This document shows positions 18,676-28,625 of a DNA stretch of 64,000 bases, one piece after another; the first letter of the stretch is position 1, and each line of letters starts with the position of its first letter. The translations under genes were made by a program, and so were the position numbers. The DNA comes from Candidatus Heimdallarchaeota archaeon (GTDB lineage: Archaea > Asgardarchaeota > Heimdallarchaeia > Hodarchaeales > Hodarchaeaceae), in NCBI GenBank assembly GCA_048881705.1, contig JBHLSH010000006.1, positions 1-64,000 of the forward strand, given 5' to 3'. Below the pieces are notes generated by a model. That model was not told where the DNA came from, ran no database searches, and worked only from the letters and a program-made list of their open reading frames with translations.

Positions 18676-19317
18676 TTATGACATACGAACCGGTAGTGCG
18701 CCTGATTCCCTGTTCTGAGATTGCATTTTCTGTTTATGAATCAAGCTATTAATTAGTTCGGTTGAAAGCAATTTAAACGTCTCGTCGATATTAACATTCT
18801 CTTTGGAGGATGTTTCAACATAATGAATGGAAAAACCATGCGTTTCCTGAACTAATCGTGATAATCTTTTGGCATACTCAATCCCCTGCGCTGTGGAGAC
18901 TTGCCCATGAGATGATATCATCCCGCGAAGATCGCATTTCGCGCCAACAAGTATTAATGGGCGCTCCCCTTGACCGTTCAGTTTCCAAAACGAGCTGAGC
19001 CATTCTTCAACATTCATGAAGGAGTTAGGATTTGTTATGTCAAAAAAGCATAACGCCGCAACCGCTCCTCGATAATACAGGTTGCTCACAACTTTAAACC
19101 GGGGCTGACCAGCAAGATCCCAAATCTGGTATTTAATTAGGTACTCCGTTCTTGTGGGCCCATATTCCAAAGTGACTTCTTTCGCGGCAAAATCCGCTCC
19201 CAATGTCATTAAATATTGAGATTGGAAAGTATCACCCAACCAAACTCTTCTGAACGAACTTTTACCTACTCCACCATCTCCAACCAATACAATTTTCGCT
19301 CGAAGAACTTTTACCAT
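18676..19317 (-). CDS. Rab/Ras-family small GTPase (Asgard type)
   Basis: G1 GDGGVGKS, G2 YLMTLGADF, G3 WDLAGQ, G4 variant GAKCD, G5 ETSSK; no C-terminal Cys; GAGGG RBS. Confidence 0.92.
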   Translation of the reverse strand: MVKVLRAKIVLVGDGGVGKSSFRRVWLGDTFQSQYLMTLGADFAAKEVTLEYGPTRTEYLIKYQIWDLAGQPRFKVVSNLYYRGAVAALCFFDITNPNSFMNVEEWLSSFWKLNGQGERPLILVGAKCDLRGMISSHGQVSTAQGIEYAKRLSRLVQETHGFSIHYVETSSKENVNIDETFKLLSTELINSLIHKQKMQSQNRESGALPVRMS

Positions 19318-19860
19318 CAGTAACCCTCATTTTGAACCGGAAAAATCCCTTTTTAATAGCTCATCTATCCGATCCTACTCAAGTTGGTGAATGCGCCTCG
19401 AACCCCTATATGAGGTTTCCCATTTGCATTTTATTTAAGTTAATATACTCACGATTTGATTTATGGGGTGTGTAAACGGCTTTTTTTTTAAAATTTATGG
19501 TTGTTACTTGTTTTCTTCCCGTTTTTCGGGTGTAAGGAAAAGGAAAATCGTGCATAAGGTACTTTGTCCTCTTATTCTTCACATATGGTGGTTAATGAGC
19601 ATCCTGATCATGAATAGAGCATTTAAGCGGTCAAACCCCTAAATCAGCGATGAATGTTCGTTTTTGGATTTTTGAATGTTGTAACATCGAATACCTAAAA
19701 CCCTCCTAACTAAGTCTACTTAAATGGGAAGAATCTACATTGATGATCCCTTCCTTGCATGGTCGACAGGCGATTTAGTGCTAATATCAAGCGTCAAACA
19801 GAAACTATTGCTCCATTTGTCCATTCTTTGGTCATAAAAGTGTTAATTCTTATCTAAGAG

Positions 19861-19875
19861 AAAAAAAAAAGAAAA
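19861..19875 (-). terminator. Oligo-T tract (archaeal intrinsic terminator candidate)
   Basis: A10-G-A4 on the plus strand gives a T-tract 12-26 nt after the stop at 19887. Confidence 0.5.
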
Positions 19876-19886
19876 ATGGAATTCAT

Positions 19887-21221
19887 TTATTCCTTCGTTT
19901 TCCGTTTAGCAATCAAAATTCCTATGCTTAACAAGAAACCCAGGCCCGAAAAACTACTAGCACGTGGAGATGTTGTCGATGTGTTTTTAAACCATCTGAC
20001 CTTGATTAACCAAAAGTCAGCACCACCGGCTCCATACGAAAAGGTTGAACCAGCAATCACAAACTCGTTATTCGCTGTCTGGATAAATGAATTTGCGCTT
20101 TCGCTCAAGGCTCCACCGAGAGTGAAGTTCCATTGGGGTTGGCCATTATTATCCGTTCTAACCATCCAGACATCAAAACTCCCAGCACCGAATGAAGACG
20201 TTCGTCCAGCTAGAATAAAACCGCCATCATCCGTTTGGATTCCCGACGAAGCTAAATCCGCGTCTACCCCCCCAATGGTGTTGTTCCATTCCTGTTGCCC
20301 ACTCGCGTCTGTCTTTAACAAAATAGCATCACCTAAGCCAGCACCGTATGAATCCGATTCTCCAACCAGGACATAACCTCCATCAGCTGCCTGGATAACT
20401 GAAAGAGATCTATCAAAGCTCGTACCTCCGAAGTCTTTATCCCATTCAACCTCTCCGTTGGCATTGGTTTTCACTAACCACATATTATCAGGTTTGATCC
20501 CCGCATCTGAAGAGCGGAGTACTCCTACCAAGGCAAATCCCCCATCAGCTGTTTGAATTAATGAGATTCCAGTATCTGCCGCTCCTCCTCCGAATGTTTT
20601 GTCCCATTCAATCACTCCACTGGCATTGGTCTTCACTAGCCACATATCATCTGACCCTGCGCCTGAGGAGCGAGTGGTTCCAACCAAAGCAAGCCCCCCA
20701 TCCGCTGTTTGGATCACTGAATTAGCGAAATCATCCTCCGTTCCACCATATGTCTTATTCCACTCATGTTTACCATTGGTATCCGTTTTTACCATCCAAA
20801 CATCCAAGCCGCCCGCGCCAAACGAGTTAGTTCTACCTGCAATGAGAAACCCACCATCAGTCGTTTGAACTACTGAGCCAGCTCTTTCGTCATCGACACC
20901 TCCAAATGTCTTATTCCATTCCGACTGACCGATGGCATTGGTTTTTATCAACCATAAATCATCAAAACCTAAACCATACGATTCAGTGAGCCCTACAAGG
21001 ACGAATCCCCCGTCGTTAGTCTTAATAAGGCTTGGTGGATAAAGGAAGCCTGATCCTGCTCCATCATCAGCTATGCCACCATAAGTGCGATTCCATACCG
21101 TTTCAATCGAAATTGATATGTTGGCCCTTGTCCTTTCTATGTCAAATCTTTCTACTGACACAACACTGATCGGAGTAAAAATCAGGATCACAAATAAAGT
21201 CAAAATGAATTTTTCACCCAT
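19887..21221 (-). CDS. Anchored surface protein, 7-bladed beta-propeller (W-x-x-T-[YF]-GG / QT.DGG repeats)
   Basis: Seven ~48-aa repeats; signal peptide; Thr/Ser linker, TM and basic tail. Start ATG 21221 has GAGGTGA upstream (ORF track start 21263). Confidence 0.85.
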   Translation of the reverse strand: MGEKFILTLFVILIFTPISVVSVERFDIERTRANISISIETVWNRTYGGIADDGAGSGFLYPPSLIKTNDGGFVLVGLTESYGLGFDDLWLIKTNAIGQSEWNKTFGGVDDERAGSVVQTTDGGFLIAGRTNSFGAGGLDVWMVKTDTNGKHEWNKTYGGTEDDFANSVIQTADGGLALVGTTRSSGAGSDDMWLVKTNASGVIEWDKTFGGGAADTGISLIQTADGGFALVGVLRSSDAGIKPDNMWLVKTNANGEVEWDKDFGGTSFDRSLSVIQAADGGYVLVGESDSYGAGLGDAILLKTDASGQQEWNNTIGGVDADLASSGIQTDDGGFILAGRTSSFGAGSFDVWMVRTDNNGQPQWNFTLGGALSESANSFIQTANNEFVIAGSTFSYGAGGADFWLIKVRWFKNTSTTSPRASSFSGLGFLLSIGILIAKRKTKE

Positions 21222-21428
21222 CTGAATCACCTCTATTTCGGTATCGGCCGAATGTTCCGTCAATCGTGTATTTCTATGATTTTCTCGAATCTGTTTTTAA
21301 ACCATTTCTTGTTTGGTTAAGCCTGTAAAGTAGAATTGGATTAATACAAACTAAATGCATTGTTAAGCGACCAGATCGTTTCCAATGAAGAATAACACTG
21401 TTTTACATACATCTATCATTGGTGGGCG

Positions 21429-21437
21429 AAAAAAAAA
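21429..21437 (-). terminator. Oligo-T tract terminator candidate
   Basis: A9 on the plus strand, 12 nt beyond the stop at 21449. Confidence 0.4.
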
Positions 21438-21448
21438 GCAAGCCGTCT

Positions 21449-22819
21449 TTATTTCTTTCTTAGCTTCCGAATAAAATCGAGCATTCCCAGACTCAGAAGG
21501 ATGAGAAAACCTGGAAATCTAGTGGGTTGTGAAGTAGTGGTTGCGGTGGTTGTTACTTCAACTTCTTTGACCTTGACCAGCCAGAAATCAGCGCCCCCTG
21601 CACCATAAGACTCAGTGGTACCTGAAATGATGAATCCACCATCTGAGGTCTGGACAACCGATCCACCTGCATCAGTTCCTGATCCTCCTATTGTGCTGTT
21701 CCATAAATGCTGCCCATTCGAATTTATTTTCACAATCCAAACGTCCTGGGCTCCAGCTCCATACGATGATGTCCTTCCAACGAGGACGAAACCTCCATCT
21801 GATGTTTGAATCCCAGTTTCAGCTGAATCAGGTTCTGTTCCTCCTATGGTGCTATTCCATTCGTGGTGCCCATTAGTATTTGTCTTGACAAGCCATCCAT
21901 CACTGGAACCAGTACCAAGCGACGATCTTGTCCCCACAAGGCCAAACCCTCCATCTAAAGTTTGGATAGCAGTTATTGCAACGTCGAAACCCTCTCCCCC
22001 AAAGAAGTTCTCCCATTCTGTCTCTCCACTGGCGTTAATCTTTACCATCCAAAAATCAAAAGTGTCTACAAGAGAAGAAAATGGCGCTGATTGTCCAGCA
22101 ATGACAAATCCCCCATCTGAGGTTTGAATTATAGAATTAGCGGTTTCAACTCCAGTTTTTCCGAGTGTCTTATTCCATTCAGCAGTTCCGCTTGCATTTG
22201 TTTTTACCAACCACATATCAGAAGCGCCAGCACCATAGGATATAGTCCCCCCTGCGAAGAGATACCCTCCGTCGGTTGTTTGAACTACCGAATTGGCCCA
22301 ATCATTGGCTGGCCCTCCAAAAGTTCGATTCCATTCGTGTTGGCCATTAACATCAGTTTTCAGTAACCAGGCATCAAATCCACCTCCACCAAAAGATTGA
22401 GTTGTGCCTGCCACGACATATCCTCCATCGTTTGACTGGATCACTGAAATAGGCCTGTCGTCCTGTATTCCTCCAAATGTCTGATTCCATTCGGGATTAC
22501 CGTTAGGATCGGTTTTTATCACCCATATATCATCGAAACCAGCTCCATATGATTCAGTAAGACCTGTAATTAGATATCCCCCGTCTACGGTTTGGATCAT
22601 AATGGGGGGAAGAAATAGACCATAGGATGCCGCTGCGCGGACGCTAATTGCCCCCGAAGCTATTCCATCATCATCTAATCCACCGAACGTTTGATTCCAT
22701 ACTGGCTCTATAGATGTAATTTTATCAGTTTTCACATTATCCAATTCATTTATTGAAACAATACTCACTGGAGTGTAAATTAATAAAAAAAATAAGATGT
22801 AAATGAGGCTTTTATTCAT
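21449..22819 (-). CDS. Tandem paralogue: anchored 7-bladed beta-propeller surface protein
   Basis: Same repeat unit x7; C-terminal TTATTTSQPTRFPGF, then TM, then RKLRKK. Confidence 0.85.
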   Translation of the reverse strand: MNKSLIYILFFLLIYTPVSIVSINELDNVKTDKITSIEPVWNQTFGGLDDDGIASGAISVRAAASYGLFLPPIMIQTVDGGYLITGLTESYGAGFDDIWVIKTDPNGNPEWNQTFGGIQDDRPISVIQSNDGGYVVAGTTQSFGGGGFDAWLLKTDVNGQHEWNRTFGGPANDWANSVVQTTDGGYLFAGGTISYGAGASDMWLVKTNASGTAEWNKTLGKTGVETANSIIQTSDGGFVIAGQSAPFSSLVDTFDFWMVKINASGETEWENFFGGEGFDVAITAIQTLDGGFGLVGTRSSLGTGSSDGWLVKTNTNGHHEWNSTIGGTEPDSAETGIQTSDGGFVLVGRTSSYGAGAQDVWIVKINSNGQHLWNSTIGGSGTDAGGSVVQTSDGGFIISGTTESYGAGGADFWLVKVKEVEVTTTATTTSQPTRFPGFLILLSLGMLDFIRKLRKK

Positions 22820-22914
22820 ACAACGGACCTCTAAACGGTTATTTTTCAGTTCTAAAGAAAAAAATGGAAGTACTAAACCAGACCGAAGTTCCCGTTTAAA
22901 AGGATTCCCCGCTC

Positions 22915-23994
22915 TTAGACTTCAATCAACCCTTTCCATGAGGTCACAAATTCCCATAATGTCTTATAGAGACTTTCAAAGACGGAATGGTACGCAACTT
23001 CGAAACCGTGACTGTTCTTTCGAATATGCCCTATGCAGGCCGTTTGAGGACTGGCACCAATACTACCAACTTGACCTGCATCACTCCCACTTGTCGTATA
23101 GACAAGCTGTTGAAGCTCAGTCCCGGCATTTTTCGCCTTATCAGACAAAGCCTGGTTCAATCTGGTGCTATAGAAATACCCCCGATCACGGACCCTAATT
23201 CCAGGTCTACTATCTAGTTCCGTAGGTGATTCAGATGCAATTGGACAGCCATCCACAGCTATGAAGTAGGTAGGAGTTAGTGATTGTGCCAGATATTTAG
23301 CTCCAAAACAACCGATCTCTTCTCTAGTCGTAAATGCGACGATAAGATTCACAACTGGAGTCACATTCTGTGCTTTTAGGGTTTTCAATATATGAAGTAG
23401 GATGGCAACCCCTATTTTATCATCAAATGTCCACGCTCCTATCAGTGGATCTGATTCTTCTCCAAAAAATATGGGGCCTCGCTCCGATTGACTCGGAGTA
23501 ATCAGAGTTCCAGGTTTAACGCCATAACTTTTCAAATTTTCAGGAGTTAATCCAGTGATAACAGAAGTTTCTTTCCACTCTAATTTTTGTACACTACCTG
23601 CTGCGTGCCCTGATCCCATCGCCGTGACGCCAGAAATCGTCGCATTGTCACCAAAGATGTCAACTGGCCGTTCCCCATATTTCCATGTTAATGACCCACC
23701 TACCCTCTCAACTCCTAGAGTCCCGTCATCATTAATTTTTGTTACCATCAATCCGATTTCGTCGATATGGGACGCTAGACAACAGGTTTCTTCGCTTTGT
23801 TTCCGCCCTCCAACTTGAACATAGACATTCCCTGCCAAATCTTTCTGGGGATCATATCCCCACTTATTGCACTTATGATAGATGTAATCAGCTATCTGAT
23901 CTTCCATTCCTGATGGAGAAGGAATAGCTAGTAATTCAATGAATTCTTGAATTATTGCATTCTGCTTGATATGCTCATATCTTCCGGATTCCAT
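22915..23994 (-). CDS. M42/M20/M28 clan metallopeptidase (second M42-like)
   Basis: SHIDEIG, FDDKIG, REEIG, VDG, GSDAG and SHGFE motifs. Confidence 0.85.
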   Translation of the reverse strand: MESGRYEHIKQNAIIQEFIELLAIPSPSGMEDQIADYIYHKCNKWGYDPQKDLAGNVYVQVGGRKQSEETCCLASHIDEIGLMVTKINDDGTLGVERVGGSLTWKYGERPVDIFGDNATISGVTAMGSGHAAGSVQKLEWKETSVITGLTPENLKSYGVKPGTLITPSQSERGPIFFGEESDPLIGAWTFDDKIGVAILLHILKTLKAQNVTPVVNLIVAFTTREEIGCFGAKYLAQSLTPTYFIAVDGCPIASESPTELDSRPGIRVRDRGYFYSTRLNQALSDKAKNAGTELQQLVYTTSGSDAGQVGSIGASPQTACIGHIRKNSHGFEVAYHSVFESLYKTLWEFVTSWKGLIEV

Positions 23995-24103
23995 GGTATT
24001 ACATCACTAGGAAGAAAAAAAAGGATATGAATAAAAAAAACTCCCCTCAGTACCGAACCTTAATGTTAAGGAGAACTTAGTTCTCTCTACAGGTGTTAGC
24101 TGT

Positions 24104-25558
24104 ATGAAAGCAGACGAAATCGAGATAACTGAGGATTTTGTTGAACGTCTTGAAATTCTAATAAGTGATGAGATGGTACGGCATAAGGTACCTGGAGCAA
24201 GTATCGCAATTGTCAAGAAAGACAAGATCGTATATTCCCAAAGTTTTGGGGCAAGAGATCTAGAAGAAAATCTCCCTGTTACTCCATCTACATTATTTAA
24301 TATTGCCAGTGTAACAAAATCAATTATATGTTTAGGTATTATGAGGTTAGAGGAACTCGGAAAACTGGATCGCCACGATCCGATTTCAAAACACATTCCC
24401 TGCAAATTGGGCTTTGCGGATGCACCAATCACCATTCATCACCTAATGACGCACACTTCTGGGATTCCCGAAATCGTAGGAGGGATAGCGCACTTAGATT
24501 TGGCCATGGAAGTTAACATTGAAACCCCCTTTATCCCGTTTATGAATTGGAATGACTTTTTCAGACATATCAACGGTGCCACGGAGTACGTCAGCGAAAA
24601 ACCAGGGAATCGATTCTATTACCAGAACTACGGTTACACCATGCTTGGACGTATTATCGAAGTTGTTTCAGGTCAGGATTTGCCTGAATTCATTAAGCAA
24701 CATATTCTTAACCCTCTCCAGATGAATGAATCTACTTTCTTAAAGAATCAGCTAGATAAAATGGGGGATGTCTCATCCGCATATAAAATGTCAGAGCAGG
24801 AAGGCCGAATAGTGAGGACTTCCTATTATCGTGAGAATGAGATCTTCGGATATGCACCCGGGGGATTATTCAGTTCCGTTCCTGAGCTAGCTAACCTAAT
24901 AATCATGTACTTGCATCGAGGTGAATTTCGTGGTAATAAACTAATCAGTAGTGACAGAATCGATGCAATGACTTCCATTCACTGGAAGGAGACAGCAAAT
25001 TCAAAATTATATAGTAGTACAATTGGAGATTTCGGAGATTCGGGGTATGGGTACGGATTAGCAATTCATGAGAACTTCTATGGGCATAAGATAGTTCATC
25101 ATTCTGGTAGCTGGATTGGGGCCAGCGCTTGGCTCGCGATGCTTCCTGATTTAGAGCTAGGAGTTGTATTTTTGTCGAACAAACATCCTAGTCCTAGGAT
25201 GATGGCTTTAAGCGCGATAGTTATGCTTCTGGGAAGAGATCTCAACAAGGAATTTCCGCTTTTACGTCATAGGAACCATATAGAGAAACTTGCAGGAGAA
25301 TATGAACTCTATAAAGGGGTAGGCAAGATGAAACTAGCTGCAAAAGGAGGGCTTTTACAATATCAGTTTGATTATTGGGGAATTAATTCACCATTAATTC
25401 CTCTAGAAAGAGACGATATGGATTCAGTAACCTTAAACTATTATCTGGTGACCGAGGTGGGAGCCAAAGATCCAGTGGAATTTGAGATCGATGAGCACGG
25501 AACGATCTGGATGCATCACGAGCGATTAAAATGGAAAAAAGTGAGAGAGCTTGAATAG
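24104..25558 (+). CDS. Serine hydrolase, beta-lactamase class C / S12 family
   Basis: SxxK (ASVTK), LMTHTSG, YxN (YQNYGY), HSGS; C-terminal beta domain; no signal peptide. Confidence 0.92.
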   Translation: MKADEIEITEDFVERLEILISDEMVRHKVPGASIAIVKKDKIVYSQSFGARDLEENLPVTPSTLFNIASVTKSIICLGIMRLEELGKLDRHDPISKHIPCKLGFADAPITIHHLMTHTSGIPEIVGGIAHLDLAMEVNIETPFIPFMNWNDFFRHINGATEYVSEKPGNRFYYQNYGYTMLGRIIEVVSGQDLPEFIKQHILNPLQMNESTFLKNQLDKMGDVSSAYKMSEQEGRIVRTSYYRENEIFGYAPGGLFSSVPELANLIIMYLHRGEFRGNKLISSDRIDAMTSIHWKETANSKLYSSTIGDFGDSGYGYGLAIHENFYGHKIVHHSGSWIGASAWLAMLPDLELGVVFLSNKHPSPRMMALSAIVMLLGRDLNKEFPLLRHRNHIEKLAGEYELYKGVGKMKLAAKGGLLQYQFDYWGINSPLIPLERDDMDSVTLNYYLVTEVGAKDPVEFEIDEHGTIWMHHERLKWKKVRELE

Positions 25559-25714
25559 CAGTAGCCTTTGAAATTGATTGCCATCTTTGTGTCAAATCCA
25601 TTGAGAACTGGCTGCCATTTGAAATATCCTCGGTTTCATACGGAACTGGGATCGTCCCCAACGGTTTAATCTAAGCGAAATTCTACCCTGATTATTGTGA
25701 TATTTTGACCTGAA

Positions 25715-25736
25715 CTGTAATAACGCTGTAATAACG
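25715..25736 (+). repeat. Perfect 11-bp tandem repeat CTGTAATAACG x2 upstream of the lipase gene
   Basis: Copies at 25715-25725 and 25726-25736, just upstream of a TTTATCA TATA-like element. Confidence 0.75.
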
Positions 25737-25810
25737 TCCTAAAAGGATTTATCACTACTTAGCACATTTGACGGAGAGCCAATAGGAAAAGGTTCTGAGA
25801 GGTTTTCTAG

Positions 25811-26662
25811 ATGAAGGTCACGATTAAGACAGGTTTACTCATTCAATTAATTTTAATTTTGATTACATTTTTCAGTTTTTACAATCGAACAGAACTGGTA
25901 GAGGGCAAAACTACATCATCTCAGCATAATCCCATTTTATTTGTACACGGATGGAATAGAGACAGTTCAGATTTTGCGCTTATGACCGATTGGTTTAAGT
26001 CCGCAGGATGGCCCACTACAGTTCTTTATGCCAATAATTTTGACGATAGCAGTAATTGTTCAGTTCAGACCAACATCAACAACGCAAAAAGGATAAAGCA
26101 ATGGGTAACCGATATTTTAGCCGAAACTGGTGCGGAAAAAATCGATATCGTAGGTCATAGTATGGGAGGATTGAACAGCAGGTATTATATCAAATTTCTG
26201 GGTGGGATAGATTATGTGGATGATTATGTGAGCTTGGGAAGCCCCCAACATGGAGAAAATGTTGCAACATGTGGTGAACAGGGAGTAAATGATCTTGCGG
26301 TGATTTTAAACGAAGGAGATGAAACCCCAGGTGGAATATTAAATGATACCGTGGGAAAGCGAGTGGATCCATTTTCCGAAGTAATTTACAACGGTACACA
26401 TATTCCTGGTAATATTTCCTATACGTCTATTTTTAGCAAAGCCGATACAATTCCATATGTTTCTCCTCCTCTTGATGGAGGAAATAATGTTGAAGTTGAA
26501 GATTTAACTCACTTCCAGTTATATCAATCTGAGGCCGTATATGAGATAATTAGGGATGCGGTTGATGATACTACACCAAGTACAACAACTAATACAACAA
26601 GCTGGACGTTTTTACCAATTCTAACCTCCTTATTTCCCATCATATGGATAAGACGAAAATAA
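25811..26662 (+). CDS. Anchored secreted lipase/esterase (alpha/beta hydrolase, lipase class 2-like)
   Basis: PILFVHGW oxyanion motif, GHSMGG nucleophile, SLGSPQHG, late Asp and His; signal peptide; Thr-rich linker, TM, RRK. Confidence 0.9.
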   Translation: MKVTIKTGLLIQLILILITFFSFYNRTELVEGKTTSSQHNPILFVHGWNRDSSDFALMTDWFKSAGWPTTVLYANNFDDSSNCSVQTNINNAKRIKQWVTDILAETGAEKIDIVGHSMGGLNSRYYIKFLGGIDYVDDYVSLGSPQHGENVATCGEQGVNDLAVILNEGDETPGGILNDTVGKRVDPFSEVIYNGTHIPGNISYTSIFSKADTIPYVSPPLDGGNNVEVEDLTHFQLYQSEAVYEIIRDAVDDTTPSTTTNTTSWTFLPILTSLFPIIWIRRK

Positions 26663-26694
26663 AAACGTTTATCCTCATGAAGAAACGGTTGAAC

Positions 26695-27030
26695 TCAGCC
26701 CACTTTTTTGGATTCTAAGCTTACCTCAACGGCTCTATCGATCCAAACTTGTAATCTTTCCTCATCATTCATAATTTCTTCTGGAAGTGTCCAATAGGAC
26801 ATGGCAATTTTTTTCCCCTTTCGTTCATATATAAATGGATGAGAATCATATAATTTAAAATCGGCCCTATTTTGCGGTCCTACTTTGAAAAATAGTTCGC
26901 TATCAACAATAATTGCGAATATCACCTGATTTTTATAGATACCATATCCCCCAAACATTGCTTTAGATGTGATATCTTCGATATCTTTGAAGACATCGTT
27001 AATGATATAATCTAGATATTCCCTTGTCAA
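26695..27030 (-). CDS. TfoX/Sxy N-terminal domain protein
   Basis: ITSKAMFGGYGIY...FAII...LFFKV...MSYWTLPEEI...W motif. TTG start. Confidence 0.88.
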   Translation of the reverse strand: MTREYLDYIINDVFKDIEDITSKAMFGGYGIYKNQVIFAIIVDSELFFKVGPQNRADFKLYDSHPFIYERKGKKIAMSYWTLPEEIMNDEERLQVWIDRAVEVSLESKKVG

Positions 27031-27199
27031 TGAATCACCGATCTAAACCAAATAAAATCATTCTATAAAATGTAGATGCGAATTATCTTGGGCGCGCGCC
27101 ATAATCTATGATAATTCAGGAATTGTTATTTTAAAATTCGTTTATTCACCAAACTGCTTCTCGTTGCTGGAAGGTGTTATAAAGGTTTCAAGCTCCTAG

Positions 27200-28183
27200 A
27201 TGAATGATATGAAAAAAATTCTGGTGGATATCCGATTTCGTGGACACTTTAAAGAGACTATTAAACTAATCATAATAATCCTCAATTTGATTGGATTTTC
27301 GATCGGTATTATAGTGGGAGGACAATCTCATATCTATATCGAATCAATAGTGGTTAATAATGAAAGAAATTACGAGGTTGAATCCTTTCCAGTTTTGAAT
27401 GAAATCATAATCACCGCAAATAATACAAATACGGAGACAGTTAATCTCACAATATTCACACAGCACACTGATACGGGTTTTTACGAGAAATTTGAATTAA
27501 ACCCAGGAGAGAGTATATCAAGTGATAATGAATATATTTTGGCCTATGCAGACAGTTCTCTGTTGGAAGTTACCTTTCTTACTTCTTCTGGGCCTCAGGG
27601 GGTATTAATTTCCATCAAAGGTGAAAACAGGAGGCTATTTGCAATACTTCAGGATTTTAAGGTTCCGATGCAAAGAAATCCCATGTTTACAGCCTATTTT
27701 TTCATTGCTGTCTTAATTCCAATGTTACTGCTCTCTTATCTTACGTTCTTTATCAATTTCTTTTACATAAGAACCAACCAGCTGCATAAAACCTCTTCTG
27801 GTAAAAGATTACTACTTGAAACTGGGATACCCGTAATTTATCTTACTAGCTGGTTTATTTTACCTATTCCCCCTTTTGTTCTCATGCCCGTTATGATTTT
27901 CATATTCCTCGTTTCAGCTATTGGTTCAAGAATTGTCGTGCAGAGAAATCAAACCTGGTCTGAGGGATTCTTAACCACGGGATTCACGTTCTCCGTTACA
28001 GCGATTCTTCTCTATTTCTTCTATGCCCCTTTAGAGCCAGTGATTTATAACAATCAGGTGATCATAGAATTATTGCCAATTCTTCCTATAACCCTTAGTT
28101 TCCTAATCTCTGGAGCGATCGCGCTTTTTGTTGGATTTCGGTTCCCTCTTCCCCCTCGTGAGACTCAGGAGACTATAAAATGA
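27200..28183 (+). CDS. Hypothetical multi-pass membrane protein
   Basis: N-terminal TM, ~110-aa extracytoplasmic beta-rich region, then about 5 TMs. Confidence 0.7.
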   Translation: MNDMKKILVDIRFRGHFKETIKLIIIILNLIGFSIGIIVGGQSHIYIESIVVNNERNYEVESFPVLNEIIITANNTNTETVNLTIFTQHTDTGFYEKFELNPGESISSDNEYILAYADSSLLEVTFLTSSGPQGVLISIKGENRRLFAILQDFKVPMQRNPMFTAYFFIAVLIPMLLLSYLTFFINFFYIRTNQLHKTSSGKRLLLETGIPVIYLTSWFILPIPPFVLMPVMIFIFLVSAIGSRIVVQRNQTWSEGFLTTGFTFSVTAILLYFFYAPLEPVIYNNQVIIELLPILPITLSFLISGAIALFVGFRFPLPPRETQETIK

Positions 28184-28196
28184 CAACAGTGTTAAA

Positions 28197-28436
28197 TCAA
28201 GCGTTTTTTTCTTCCTGTAGCGCTATTGCTTTATTCAACGTCTCCAAGAACTCATCCAGCGGAACTCGATGAACGCGAGCGGCTCGTTCCACAGTCAAAG
28301 CTTTTGTTATAAATCTGCGCATGGAGTACCTTCCAACACGTTTGATTCCGAATACCTCCATCACGTCAGCGATGTCTCCGTACTTCTTCAAAATGTCTGA
28401 AACTCGGGTATCTTTCGTTATTTCCATAAGAATCAA
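28197..28436 (-). CDS. DUF1858-like small protein
   Basis: ITKDTRVSDILKKY....EV....G..........TVERAARVHRVPLDEFLETLN. Confidence 0.75.
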   Translation of the reverse strand: MILMEITKDTRVSDILKKYGDIADVMEVFGIKRVGRYSMRRFITKALTVERAARVHRVPLDEFLETLNKAIALQEEKNA

Positions 28437-28625
28437 ATCCTTTCGTAATGGCCAATGATAACTCTGGGAGTTATTAATTTAGTCTGCAATTATTCGTAGT
28501 TTTCGGGAAGAGGAAGGATCTAAGATGAATTCCCGTTTTGAATGCGGTGGTACTCACTAGGGTTGTCCGGAGGTGATAAAAGAATCAGAATCAATCTGAA
28601 TTAATCCCGCTCATATTAACCGTCT

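Noticed and set aside
19385-19410. tRNA-like GGTTCGA...CCA on the minus strand upstream of the Rab gene
   Set aside because: The T-stem does not pair, spacing to CCA is wrong, and there are no D or anticodon arms.
19876-22366. Long plus-strand ORFs antisense to the propeller genes
   Set aside because: Shadow frames produced by repetitive Gly/Thr/Asp codons.
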